NCBI GenBank assembly: GCA_964016885.1 | Contig: OZ024747.1 | Coordinates: 43,710,001 to 43,774,000 of the forward strand | DNA length: 64,000 bases | Reading direction: 5' to 3' | Source of the DNA: Eledone cirrhosa | Taxonomy: Eukaryota | Shown: positions 1 through 11,626 of the stretch, one piece after another | Position numbering within the stretch: the first letter of the stretch is position 1 | How the letters are laid out: each line of letters begins with the position of its first letter | Notes under the pieces: generated by a model | What the model was told of the DNA's origin: nothing | What the model saw: only the letters and a program-made list of their open reading frames with translations | The model's database searches: none | Position numbers and translations under genes: made by a program

Positions 1-445
1 AGAAATCTGCAGATACACCACCCTGATTACACCTTCAGATTTATGCCTGTGATTATTGGGGCACTGGGGGTATGTTAGTAACTGCCTCAATACAAATTTT
101 GATAAGCTAGGCTTCACAGGAACAGAAAGAACACAACTAGTTAGGAAATTACAAGTACAACCCATTAATGGAACAGTAAAAATATGTAAAATATTCCAAA
201 CATTTTGCATCTAATAACTGCATATACACATGTACAGATACAAAGCATATACACATTCACACATACAACTCAAAACATCCACATCCACACATACAATAAC
301 ATCCATATCTACACATTCATGCAGCATAGATACATATCTACCTAGTTGATGTTGTATAAATTCCAATGAGAGAGTCTTGTGTCTATGTTAGAAACCGACT
401 CTCTCTCTATTGGTAAAACTTTGTGAAATTATAAAACCAGAAGAA
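1..445 (+). mobile_element. 3' end of an RLE-type (R4/Dong-like) non-LTR retrotransposon, frameshifted ORF end plus 3' UTR
   Basis: Manual translation gives RNLQIHHPDYTFRFMPVIIGALG, then after a frameshift YVSNCLNTNFDKLGFTGTERTQLVRKLQVQPINGTVKICKIFQTFCI* (stop 212-214). This aligns with the C-terminus of the 8765-9328 ORF (RSLQIQYPRYTFSFIPIIIGATGY...GTFKICKTFLRF). The element ends AGAAGAA immediately before CATACATACATA. Confidence 0.8.
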
Positions 446-761
446 CATACATACATACGTGTATACTTACATACATACATGCATGCACACATAAATACAT
501 ACATACATGTATACAACATACATACATACGTGTATACTTACATAAATACATTAATGGAAAATATTTATATAAATACTACTAAATGTCATACACTTGTGTA
601 AACTGCAATCTGAGATAATAAAATAGTAATGTATCCAGTGAGAAACCATACTCCTCATGTAAATAGGTACATAACATTTAATATACACTAGTTTTAACAC
701 ATTATATGAAAGATGGCGTTTTGTCAGTGACATGGCTTTTCTATATAGTAAATTTATTATA

Positions 762-793
<32 letters not shown>

Positions 794-1019
794 ACCATTG
801 TCATGGGCTTGATTGGTGATTTGTATGATAAAAGAACTACAGAGTTAGAGAGCTGAGCACTCCTAAAGATGAATATGAATCCACCTTCCCATCTCCAGAC
901 GACCCATGCAAACTCTCCTTTTTATTTTCAGACATGGAAAACCAAATCCAACTCCAATTCATCTTTCACTCCTCTCTAAGCTTTCATCTTCTTCTTCCTC
1001 TCACCCTTACAGTGAACTC

Positions 1020-1330
1020 CATAACTTCAGACCTGGTGCCATCAACATAGGCACAATGAAAGGACAATCAGGTGAGATTGTAGAGATGCTTGAACACAGC
1101 ATACATCAACTTTTTTCCGATGGAGGGGAAGGTCACCTAGATTCCTTGTGAACAAAAAACGAGGTTACAGATGACAATGGGCTGGGTAGAGTAGGGATCA
1201 TGTTAGCAGAAAAATGGGTAGATAAGGTAATTACTGTAAATAGAGTGAATAACAGAATCATTAACATTAGACTATTACTAAATAGAACAACTGTATCAAT
1301 TATATCTGCTTATGCCACCCAATATGTCAG
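1020..1330 (+). mobile_element. Degenerate RTE-clade LINE, APE endonuclease N-terminal fragment
   Basis: Peptides GAINIGTMKGQSGEIVEMLE and GVGIMLAEKWVDKVITVNRVNNRIINIRLLLNRTTVSIISAYATQ match the typical RTE APE motifs (N.GT, GVG, R.I, SAYAPQ). Confidence 0.8.
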
Positions 1331-2359
1331 AGAGGGTTTTCTGTTCCAAACATTAAGAGAGACAAAGCTAATAAAAATAAACACTATGCTGGCTTTGAAA
1401 GGGCCATACACTTTGAACGACATTTCATCATGAACAGACTGTGGAGAATCACCTCTATATTATTGTGGAGACTTTCCAGAAACTCTATGGCACTATTTGT
1501 ACCAATATAGAAACTATGAGAGAGAGGGGGGGGGGGGAGGACATCTTGAAGCTGTTCATTAAAAACTACCAAGATTAGAGATAAAATTATTACCAAATTA
1601 TCTACCAACTATAAACAAGATTTTTGAGTATATGGAGGCAACAAAAAGATTTAACAAAAGAAACTTTTAGCTGCGTTGCAGCTTCCCTTGTATTCCATTT
1701 TTCTTTATCTTCTCTTTTTTTATGTTTCTTTAGTCTCCTGTTGGTTTTCCCTTTTTTTCTTACCTCTCTGTTTATCTTGTTTTTGTTTCTTAACTGTAAG
1801 GGGTACTAGACATCTCTCCTAGTCTGTCATGGCTTAATAGCTCTATACTGACATTAAAATAATTTCAAAGAAACCCCTGTGAAGAGAGAAGTCTTTTTCA
1901 GGTATTACCTGTCTTAATTTATTGAGATGTTCAATGATGTTTCTTGATTTGTGAAACCACAGTCAGAGAAAAGATTTAAGTGAAGCTTTCTTTCTTGTAT
2001 TAGTTGGTTTTACTAGCAATCTGTATATATATATGCTTAGTACTCAATACCATACTAGAAAATAATATTTTCATAAATTATTGTAATTTGCCTGAATTTA
2101 AGAGGGTGTGGTCATGGCTGGAACATCTCCGACAAGAACATAGCTGAGAAGAAACAACAACAACAACAACAACAACAACAGTAGCATCAACATCAACAAT
2201 AGCAATAACAACAACAGCAGCAGCAGCAGCAACAATATCAAAAATTGTTTGAAAATTTAACATTCTGTTCCTGATACAACTCATTATGTCACCTCAGTTG
2301 ATAATATATAAAGTCTGTTCTTACAAACCTGGCATTAAAGTACTTTGACACTATGTATA

Positions 2360-2488
2360 AACACACACACATATATATAAATGTATATATAAACACACAC
2401 ATACACACATGCGCACACATACACACACATATATATCATCATCATTTAACAGCCGATTTCCCTGCTAACATATATGAATGTATGTATG

Positions 2489-2580
<92 letters not shown>

Positions 2581-2643
2581 CATACATACATATATATATA
2601 TATATACTTACATATATATATATATATATATATGCATATATAC

Positions 2644-2682
<39 letters not shown>

Positions 2683-2786
2683 CATATATATATATACATA
2701 ATACATACATATACATATATATATATACATATATATATATACATACATATATGTACACATATATATATATACATATATATACATAC

Positions 2787-2872
<86 letters not shown>

Positions 2873-2905
2873 GTATATATATATGTATGTATATATAGAT
2901 ATATA
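2360..2905. repeat. Compound (TA)n/(TACA)n/(CA)n microsatellite
   Basis: Directly visible; it is the source of the YIYI-type ORFs. Confidence 0.97.
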
Positions 2906-3240
2906 TCTTTCTCTCTAATGCCATCTACTGAATTATTTTCTCTATTCTTGCACGCAAGATGTCAGTTTAAACAGTTATGGACTGCCATACATCAACGGTG
3001 ATGTCCACCAATATAATCTATAATCTATACAGTTCAGATATTACATTGATATCATATCAGTCTGTTCTGCACTCACACATGTTGAGCTTATCATTGGAAT
3101 ATATTATTGGCCAGAGACAATTGACACCTCACACTTGCAATCAGTTTTTAAATGTTCTAGTAAAAAAAGAAGCTTAAAAATAAATAACTGTTCTTTACTC
3201 AACATTGGTTTACAAAATCTAATTATTTTTTCTTCCTTAA

Positions 3241-3461
3241 CCCTTTAGCATTTACATTACTCTATATTTACTATTGTATTTTCATGGTAAAGGCTTTATC
3301 ATACATAATTATCTCATATAATATCAAATCTATGAGATTTAGGTATTATTTATTTTGAGGACAATACCAAAACGCCAGTATGAGTGGCTGGTTACAGCCA
3401 GTTTGAACAGAAAGAGAAGAGAGAATTCTGGCTGGATATAGCCAGTTTAAATGCTAAAGGG
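3241..3461 (+). mobile_element. TTAA-flanked MITE family A (piggyBac-like), copy 1
   Basis: TIRs CCCTTTAGCATTTA...TAAATGCTAAAGGG, flanked by TTAA/CTAA. Homologous copies lie at 5756-5960, 21455-21656 and 36582-36791. Confidence 0.85.
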
Positions 3462-3499
3462 CTAAAGATAAATGCTAATATTGTTCAGAAAGAAGAAGA

Positions 3500-4030
3500 C
3501 AATGAACTGCACAGGATGATTGGAATAGAGCAAGTGATGACTGTTGTGAAGAAACATGGAATGGGATGGCTAGGTCATGTGTTGAGGAAGGATGAAAGTA
3601 ACTGGAACAGAGGAATAGAGGCAGTGAGGAATGCTGTGTAGAGAAATGGAATGAGATGGCTGGGTTACATGTGAAAAAAGGACGAATGTGACTGAGGAGA
3701 GAAATAGAGACATTGATTAACGTTGGGAAGAGAAATGGAATGAGATGGTTAGATCATGTGTTGAGGAAGGATGGAGTTGACTGGAAGAGAGGAATAGAGC
3801 CAGTGAGGAATGTTGTGAAGAGAAATTGTATGAGGTGGGTCAGTCATGTGTTGTGGAAGTGTGAAAGTGACTGGGTGAGAGGAATGATGGAAATGAATGT
3901 GGAAGGAAGTAGAGGAAAACAAGGAAAGACATTTAAAGAAGGAGGATGAAATGACAACCAGGGAATTAGTGGTGGGATGCAGAGGATAAATGAAAATGGA
4001 AAAGCTTGTCATGGAAAAGCTAATGAAAAT
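3500..4030 (+). mobile_element. RTE LINE C-terminal fragment with four ~90-bp internal tandem copies
   Basis: Repeated GIE...RNGMRWLGHVLRKDE.DW motif (units start near 3522, 3612, 3701 and 3791), followed by EMNVEGSRG, typical of the RTE ORF end. Confidence 0.8.
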
Positions 4031-4156
4031 TACCGTAAAACACTTGTGTTGTAGCATTTATCTTACTTTTTACATTCATACATATTGATGTGACTTAGAT
4101 TTTGTCCCAATTTATGTGTCACATTCTGGGCTTACCTCAATCAATCTGGTACCATA

Positions 4157-5237
4157 GGTCATATTTCTCACCATGGAGAAGCCAGTGGTAGGGGAAAGGA
4201 TTTGGACCTATCACTGTTAGTTGGGTCCTGAAGGTCATATTTCTCACCATGGAGAAGCCAGTAGTAGGGGAAAGGATTTGGACCTATCACTGTTAGTTGG
4301 GTCCTGAAGGTCATATTTCTCACCATGGAGAAGCCAGTAGTAGGGGAAAGGATTTGGACCTATCACTGTTAGTTGGGTCCTGAAGGTCATATTTCTCACC
4401 ATAAAGAAGCCAGTAGTAGGGGAAAGGATTTGGACCTATCACTGTTAGTTGGGTCCTGAAGGTCATATTTCTCACCATGGAGAAGCCAGTGATAGGGGAA
4501 AGGATTTGAACCTATCACTGTTAGTTGGGTCCTGAAGGTCATATTTCTCACCATGGAGAAGCCAGTGGTAGGGGAAAGGATTTGGACCTATCACTGTTAG
4601 TTGGGTCCTGAAGGTCATATTTCTCACCATGAAAAAGCCAGTGATAGGGGAAAGGATTTGGACCTATCACTGTTAGTTGGGTCCTGAAGGTCATATTTCT
4701 CACCATGAAAAAGCCAGTGATAGGGGAAAGGATTTGGACCTATCACTGTTAGTTGGGTCCTGAAGGTCATATTTCTCACCATGAAGAAGCCAGTAGTAGG
4801 GGAAAGGATTTGGACCTATCACTGTTAGTTGGGTCCTGAAGGTCATATTTCTCACCATGGAGAAGCCAGTGATAGGGGAAAGGATTTGGACCTATCACTG
4901 TTAGTTGGGTCCTGAAGGTCATATTTCTCACCATGAAGAAGCCAGTGGTAGGGGAAAGGATTTGGACCTATCACTGTTAGTTGGGTCCTGAAGGTCATAT
5001 TTCTCACCATGAAGAAGCCAGTAGTAGGGGAAAGGATTTGAACCTATCACTGTTAGTTGGGTCCTGAAGGTCATATTTCTCACCATGAAGAAGCCAGTGG
5101 TAGGGGAAAGGATTTGGACCTATCACTGTTAGTTGGGTCCTGAAGGTCATATTCTCACCATGAAGAAGCCAGTAGTAGGGGAAAGGATTTGGACCTATCA
5201 CTGTTAGTTGGGTCCTGAAGGTCATATTTCTCACCAC
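4157..5237. repeat. 76-bp minisatellite, 14 full units plus a partial unit
   Basis: Unit GGTCATATTTCTCACCATGGAGAAGCCAGTGGTAGGGGAAAGGATTTGGACCTATCACTGTTAGTTGGGTCCTGAA, period 76, no spacers. Confidence 0.97.
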
Positions 5238-5492
5238 AAAATGACCAATGGTAAGGGAGAGGATTTACTGGTATTTATTCATTGACTAAAGATACCTTTT
5301 AACACAAACAGACACAATTTGATGAACTGTTTTTTTTTCCACTGGAATATACAAAATCATGTGTGCTTGCTCTAGTTAGATAAGCTCAGTCACACTTATC
5401 TGTCCTAATAAGATAGTCCTCCCCCCCCCCCCCACGACCACGACCATCGATACTCTAGTAAGATAACCGCCTCCACACATACACATATCTAA

Positions 5493-5740
5493 TCCTTTTG
5501 ATATCAATCTGCCTGAAACTGTTATGGTTGTATAACACATAATTGCTCATTCTTAAATGTCCATACTTGTATAAAATCTTTCCATCATAATATATTAAGA
5601 AATGTTTGTTAAGTAATGTTTCAAACATCATCTTACTAATGAAATGGTTAATTATTTCATTAAATCCTTCAAAATTTCAAAATTAATAGATATGTATAAG
5701 CAGTTACCATATTTTATTGGAAATATGGTAACAAAAGGGG
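5493..5740 (-). mobile_element. TTAA-type MITE family B, degenerate copy
   Basis: Reverse complement starts CCCCTTTTGTTACCATATTTC and ends TATCAAAAGGA. It aligns with 39807-40018 (CCCTTTTGTGACCATATTTC...TATGAAAAGGG). Confidence 0.7.
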
Positions 5741-5755
5741 TAAATATCCTATTAA

Positions 5756-5960
5756 CTCTTTAGCATTTGGTTTAACCAGCTGTATCCGGCCAGAATTCTC
5801 TCACCCCTTTCTGTTCAAACTGGCTGTAACTAGCCACTCATTCTAATGTTAAGGTATTTTTCTCAAAATAAATAACATTAAAATCTCATAGATTTGATAT
5901 TATGAGGTAAAGCCTTTACCGTGAAAATTCAATAGTAAATATAATGTAAATATTAAAGGG
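5756..5960 (-). mobile_element. TTAA-flanked MITE family A, copy 2
   Basis: TTAA CTCTTTAGCATTT...AAATATTAAAGGG TTAA; the interior is the reverse complement of 3241-3461. Confidence 0.85.
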
Positions 5961-6154
5961 TTAAGATAGTCTTTACCAGGTGTATGTGTCTTAGTTAGAT
6001 ACATTTCCCCAGGTTGACCTAACCTATCTATACTAGAGTATATACTTCATACATCAGTAAAATCTTTATAATGTATGGTGTTAGAAATGAATATTTTCAG
6101 ACATATCCTCAACATACATATTTAGATTTAATTAATCTAAACTATAATAAAGTA

Positions 6155-6600
6155 AGAAGCGCGGGACTGAGTACGGTTTATAATTTTTTATCCCCTTAGT
6201 AAAATAAGTTGGATTACCTTGAATAAATAATGAATGAATATTACATAATTTATCTACTAAATTTCGTGGCTGTTCATTAAATATATTTTATTACTTATTT
6301 AAAGATTCACTTCTTTAAACTTTTCAAATGTCAACACTTCCGGTGGCGATCGCTTAAATAAAGATATTAATTTTCTGTCACTAATTTTCTCCTAATGCAG
6401 TTTATATATAATATCGTCTTTTTTTATGTATCATGGATTACGTTACTGATTACATAAGACAGTGTAACACAGTCTTCGTTCAATTTCTGTGTATATTGTC
6501 AATTACGATTTTATTTGATGTATCATATCTACATGTATATACACTTGTGTATAATATCAATATACACACTACACATGCTAGCAGAAAACCACCCGAAGAG
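6155..6600 (-). promoter_or_regulatory. Candidate promoter and non-coding first exon (CpG-retaining, ETS motif)
   Basis: Local CpG excess in otherwise CpG-poor DNA, ACTTCCGG (ETS, CCGGAAGT on minus) at 6336-6343, and a minus-strand donor-like AAG|GTAATC at 6218/6217. Confidence 0.35.
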
Positions 6601-6634
6601 TGGTTTTTCTGCTAATAATAATAACTCTATCTAA

Positions 6635-6830
6635 CATAGGTACAAAGCCAACAATCTGAAGGACGGAAAAAGCTAATTATATCAACCCCAGTTCTTAACT
6701 GGTACTTCATTTTATCGACCTTGGAAGGGTGACTGGCAAAGTTGACTTTGGTGGGATTTGAACTCAGAATGCTGACTGCCAGAATGAATACTGTAAAGCA
6801 TTCAATCTGATGTTCGAATCCACCCCACCC
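6635..6830 (-). mobile_element. tRNA-derived SINE (family M; central GCCTTTCATCC...GTCGATAAAAT.AGTACCAG domain), degenerate
   Basis: Aligns with the copies at 10563-10746, 18640-18830 and 28775-29420; B-box-like GAGTTCAAATCC on the minus strand. Confidence 0.75.
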
Positions 6831-6967
6831 TCTTGATGAATCATTATAATACTGAACATCCCAAACAAATATGAAAAGGAACTTCTTATTAATGAAGTGT
6901 GTGACCCTTTTGTTGTAACTAACATAATTTCCTTCTGTTACACCAGAAATGACCTTTAAAAAAAAAC

Positions 6968-7149
6968 CCACCATCACCACCACCACCACCACCACCACCA
7001 TCGCCTCCACCACCACCACCACCACCATCACCACCACCACCACCACCACCACCACAATCACCTCCACCACTACCATCACCACCACCAGCACCAACACCAC
7101 CACCACCACCACCACCACCACCACCACCACCACCACCACCACCACCACC

Positions 7150-7183
<34 letters not shown>

Positions 7184-7193
7184 TTATCATTAT
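6968..7193. repeat. (CAC)n/(CAT)n trinucleotide microsatellite
   Basis: Directly visible; it produces the poly-T/V/G ORFs. Confidence 0.97.
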
Positions 7194-7339
7194 CAGTTTT
7201 ATGTCCATTTTTCCATTCTAGCATAGGCTGGACAAGATATTTCTGAGGTAGAATTTTTCAGTTAGATACACTTTCTGATGTCCATCATCACTGGATTTAA
7301 AAAAAAGTAAGGTATGGATATTGGAACAGGGGGACCTTT

Positions 7340-7940
7340 CTATTTTCTTTTTTAGTTGGTAGGAGGTCCAGAGGAAGGGACAATGGCTATAGTGAACACA
7401 GGGCCTCTGAGACTAGAGAGATTGATGTTGATGTTTTGTGAAAATTGTTGCAGGTTATCTCCTTTGGCAATAACATGAGCAAGGAGGTAGGGAGTTCCAG
7501 TGAGCCAGCATTCTATCTAGGCGTGAAGGTCAGGACATAGGGGCTAGTGTGGGGTCTGAAGGATTGGACACAGCATGGGTGATGAGGGGAGTGGAGCAGG
7601 GTGGGAGTTCCAGTGAGCCAACATTCTGTGAAGGAAAGACAGTGTAGTGGCAGTGTGGGGCCTGGAGGATTGGACACAGCATGGGTGATGAGGGGAGTGG
7701 AGAAGGGTGGGAGTTCCAGTGAGCCAACATTCTGTGAAGGAAAGACAGTGTAGTGGCAGTGTGGGGCCTGGAGGTTTGGACACAGCATGGGTGATGAGAA
7801 GAGGAGAGATAAGCGAATGGGGAGTGCTAGAGTGGAAGTGACATGAGCTTAGCAAACCCCAAGGAGCAGAGATCAATGTAGTAGTGGTAGAAGAGGAAAA
7901 TGGAGGAGACAAGGGGCTGGAGAGTGTCAGTGAATAGTTT
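7340..7940 (-). mobile_element. 3' fragment of a CR1/Jockey-group LINE with an internal ~106-113-bp triplication
   Basis: Minus-strand peptides TLQPL..SIFLFYHYY..LCS, SSSHHPCCVQ..RPHT...SF..RM...WNS(L/H)P and NLQQFSQNIN resemble the conserved C-terminus of CR1/Jockey-type ORF2. A-rich tail near 7345. GGAGTTCCAGTGAGCC recurs at 7491, 7604 and 7710. Confidence 0.7.
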
Positions 7941-8285
7941 TAACATAAACAAATATCACTACCTGCAATCTTGAATGTAAAGAGGAGAAAAGAAATGGGA
8001 AAACACACACACACACACACACACACATATGTATATATACCTACATACATACACACACATATATATATACATACATATACACATATATATACATACAAAC
8101 ATACACACACACACATATATATATATATGCATACAAACATACCTATACTCACATGTATATATACATACACACAGATATATACATACATACATAAATCATG
8201 TATGCATACATACACACACACATATATATACATACAAACATACACACACATATATATATATATATGTATACAGACATACCAATAC

Positions 8286-8569
8286 TAAAAAAGTCTAAAG
8301 TCTGTCATAAGCCAGAAGCTCATTTGGCTGGTGCTTATCCTGGTTTCATGGCATGAAGCGACTGAGAGTACAAGATCCCCCCCCCCCCCCCAGGACAGGA
8401 CGCCAGTCCATCGCAGGGTTAAACCTCCAGCTATTACTGGTACTCATTTTCAGCTGAGTATACTGGAACAACGTGAAATGAAGTGTTTTGCTCAAGAACA
8501 CAACACGCAACCCAGGAATCGAGCCCACGACATTATGATCGTAAGTCCAACACTAGGCCATGTGCCTCC
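8286..8569 (-). mobile_element. tRNA-derived SINE (family V; AACCCTGCGATGGACTGGCGTCCTGTCC body, AGACTTT tail)
   Basis: Head GGAGGCACATGGCCTAGTG with B box GGCTCGATTCC; second copy at 19576-19830 (+). Confidence 0.8.
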
Positions 8570-8764
8570 ACCATACCTATACACACACATATATATATAT
8601 ACATACACACAGATATATACATACATAAATCATGCATACATACATACAATCATACATACAATCATACATACATACATACATACAATCATACATTCATACA
8701 ATCATACATACATACAATCATACATTCATACAATCATACATACATACATACATACATACATACA

Positions 8765-9409
8765 TGTAAAACAAAGATCGAAGATGTAAGCCACATTGTT
8801 GCCAGCTGCGAAAGAATGTCATCTCGCTACTACCTCCCCATGAGACACGATGGGATAGCTAGAACCATCTGGAACGCACTTCGGAAAACAAAATTAACAA
8901 CAAACAAGGAAGAATATGTTGAGACAGATGGCACTAAGGAATACTGGTGGAACCTGAAAATAAAAACTGTCACCAAATTAAAGCACAGCCGGCCTGATAT
9001 TGTTGTTTGGGACCACACATTGAAAACGTGTTCTGTTGTGGAGATCAGCTGCCCACTTGATGTAAACGTTGTCAGAAAAATACAGGAGAAGGAGGACATC
9101 TACGGACCATTGATGAGGAGTTTACAAATCCAGTATCCAAGATACACCTTTAGCTTCATACCCATCATTATTGGTGCTACGGGTTATATACCAATCCGCT
9201 TGGACCAAAGTATGACTGAACTTGGATTTGCGGACAAAGAGGGCAGCTCCCTAATTCATAGTCTACAAATGGCTGCGATAGCTGGCACCTTCAAAATTTG
9301 CAAAACATTCTTGCGATTCAATGGATGACAATTTCTTTTCTTTTACAACCTTGCCACCTGGAAGGTGGCCGGTCAAAAAAATATACTCGAAATTAAGAGA
9401 AAGAGATAA
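8765..9409 (+). mobile_element. 5'-truncated RLE non-LTR retrotransposon (R4/Dong-like): zinc-knuckle end plus restriction-like endonuclease
   Basis: Open frame to the stop at 9328: C-x8-H-x4-C (CKTKIEDVSHIVASC), RHD, YWWN, RPDIVVWD...VEISCP, K..IY, PIIIGATG. Flanked on both sides by (CATA)n. Confidence 0.88.
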
Positions 9410-10149
9410 CATACATACATACATACACACAGACATATACAATAGCTTTGTACAGTTTCCACCTAGCAGTTTTACTCAGATGGTATTAGTATTAAAGATA
9501 AAAAGAAAAGAAAACTACTTCAAAAGTAAATGCCAGTGTTGATGCAGACACAAAGGATATATGTAAAAGAGAATTTGATTACTATTTCAATTGCTAAAAT
9601 ATTCCTTCCAGTCTCCTTTGCTGTTCTTCTAAAAACTACTTTCTTGAACAAGTCTGCCACCTTTGTGTGAATAACATAGATAAATTCTTTGTAAGTTAAA
9701 TTTAAAACAACTGTTAAAATATCAAACTTAACGATATTGTTTCTCACTTTATTCTTCCTACTTACAATTTCTGGTAATAGTCAATAGCTTGGGTGCCATA
9801 AGTCTGACATGTCCTTGACACACTTCATGAAGTAAGATGTGCAATCTAAGTGTGACTTGATAATCTATTGAGTGTTATGGAGAATTTTTCTACTCTGTTT
9901 TTCCAATGCTTATATCAATTTTCAGGTGAAAAAAAAAAAGAGAAAACGAAAAAAGAAAAATTAAATATATAATTTTAAATTCTGCAAATAGTATAAGACA
10001 ACAAGTCGGTTTATGATTGCCACACTCTTTCATTGATAACATTTGAATATAATCTGAGAATCAAAATTTGTTGCCAAAAAATTACTATTTCACATGTCTT
10101 TTAAAGAAACATGGGAATAGTATGATTTTCTTTGACATAAATTGAGTTA

Positions 10150-10525
10150 GAACTTTTATGCTACATGGCAGCAAAACATGGGTGTTGAGTGAAGGAGATC
10201 TGAGGCAACAAAAAGAAATGAGGTACCCATACACAACTGGATGAAGGACAGCCCAAAAGTGAACTGAGAGAAAAGCTGGGTATAAGAGGAACCAGATGTA
10301 GCATGTAAGGCAGTCAATTGCACTGGTATAGTCATGTAAAAGAAGCAAGAGTTGTATAGAAAAAAGTGCTTAGTGTTTGAAGTAGAGAGAATCTGTGGCA
10401 GTGGGAGACCAAGGAAGACATGGGAAGTAGTTGTGAAGAATAACCTAAAGAAACTAAACTCCACAAAGAAGATGACACAAGACCAGACTGACTGGTAATA
10501 TGCCATAATACAAACAACCTGTCCA
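10150..10525 (+). mobile_element. Degenerate RTE LINE 3' fragment
   Basis: Peptides MLHGSKTW, LHWYSHV and GRPRKTWEVVVKNNLK...MTQDQTDW parallel the 16395-17040 copy. Confidence 0.75.
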
Positions 10526-10562
10526 CCACTACGAGCACTACACTACTAAAAGTTAATATAAT

Positions 10563-10746
10563 TGTTTCTACTTTTGGCACAAGGCCAGCAATTACCCAGT
10601 GCATTACTGGTACTTTATTTTATCGACCCCGTACGGATGAAAGGCAAAGTTAACCTCGGCGGGATTTGAACTCAGAATGGCTAGGGCCGTAACTCTATGC
10701 GTTGAAGCATGGCGTCCGACTCTCTACCGATACTGCCAATCCCGCC
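10563..10746 (-). mobile_element. SINE family M with a 17-bp target-site duplication
   Basis: CTAAAAGTTAATATAAT occurs at 10546-10562 and 10746-10762; tRNA-like head GGCGGGATTGGCAGTATCGGTAG...GAGTTCAAATCCC on the minus strand. Confidence 0.85.
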
Positions 10747-11059
10747 TAAAAGTTAATATAATGAGAGTTCGGTTTAGTCTGCTGTGGATGGTACAACCTT
10801 CAGTGGCACAATGGAATATATTCAGTCCCTCCCTCCAAGCAGAAAGACTGAAACAGCAGAAAGTGAAGAGGACCTTCTGTGTATATCGAATGCCTGAGTA
10901 CCTCTCTTGTATTGGTACCATGATAAAATGCATTCAGTACACTTTGCAAAGTAGTAGTGCTTGTGCCTCAATAAAATGCACTCTGCAGAGTGAGAATATA
11001 TGAGAGGACAGTAGCATCAATTAAGAACTAACATGATGTGTGACAACCTGTTGAATGCT

Positions 11060-11280
11060 TGCTATGAGATAGCTGGGTTGTGTGTTGAAGAAGAATGGGT
11101 TGAGAGGAGTAACGGAAATGAATGTGGAAGGCAGCAGAGGAAGATCAGGAAAGAGATATGGCAGACGAAATTAATGCTAAAGGAGTGAGGTGAAGTGGAT
11201 GCAGAGGATAGGGCAAAATGGGGAAGTGTGTCATAGGGCCTGCTAGGCTAACTCCTGTTTTAGCAGGCAAAATAACTTTT
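11060..11280 (+). mobile_element. Highly degenerate RTE 3' remnant
   Basis: EMNVEGSRGR and DAEDRAKW, similar to 3880-3990. Confidence 0.55.
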
Positions 11281-11626
11281 AAATATTTATTTTTGTTTAT
11301 TGTTTTATATTTATATACCTTTAACTTATGCTTTAGCAGGAAATATCTGAAACAAATTAGTCACTGGCGAGGTCACAGAATATGTGATGAAAGAGCTTTG
11401 ACAATAAACAAATAACAACCATCCGGTTATTAAATTAATCAACTGGAAGTTTACAATAAGTGAAAACCAACAGATGCATGTATTTATTGGCAGCATGACC
11501 TTCCCAAGGTATAAGAATATCTGTTTCAACACACGTTTTCAGTTAAGAAATCTTGCAAAACACATACAAAGGCAAAGTATATATATATAGAATGTAGAAA
11601 AGTAACACAAAAGTTGATATATATAA

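Noticed and set aside
551-740. Possible minus-strand coding exon (MSLTKRHLSY...)
   Set aside because: An acceptor-like TAG and GCCATG are present, but there is no recognisable homology or clear donor.
2353-2924. Long YIYI/HTHT/CVCV ORFs here and throughout the ORF track
   Set aside because: They are translations of (TA)n, (CA)n and (TACA)n microsatellites, which lack stop codons.
4157-5237. CRISPR-like array
   Set aside because: The units are contiguous with no unique spacers, there are no cas genes, and the context is eukaryotic.
6627-7224. Poly-Val/Gly/Thr ORFs (also 17378-17782)
   Set aside because: They come from a (CAC)n microsatellite, with no splice or domain support.
8483-8764. N-terminal part of the 281-aa ORF
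   Set aside because: It is chance read-through of a SINE and (CATA)n; only 8765-9328 is genuine retroelement coding sequence.
9520-9747. 75-aa minus ORF
   Set aside because: No motif was recognised; it could be chance or an ancient transposon remnant.
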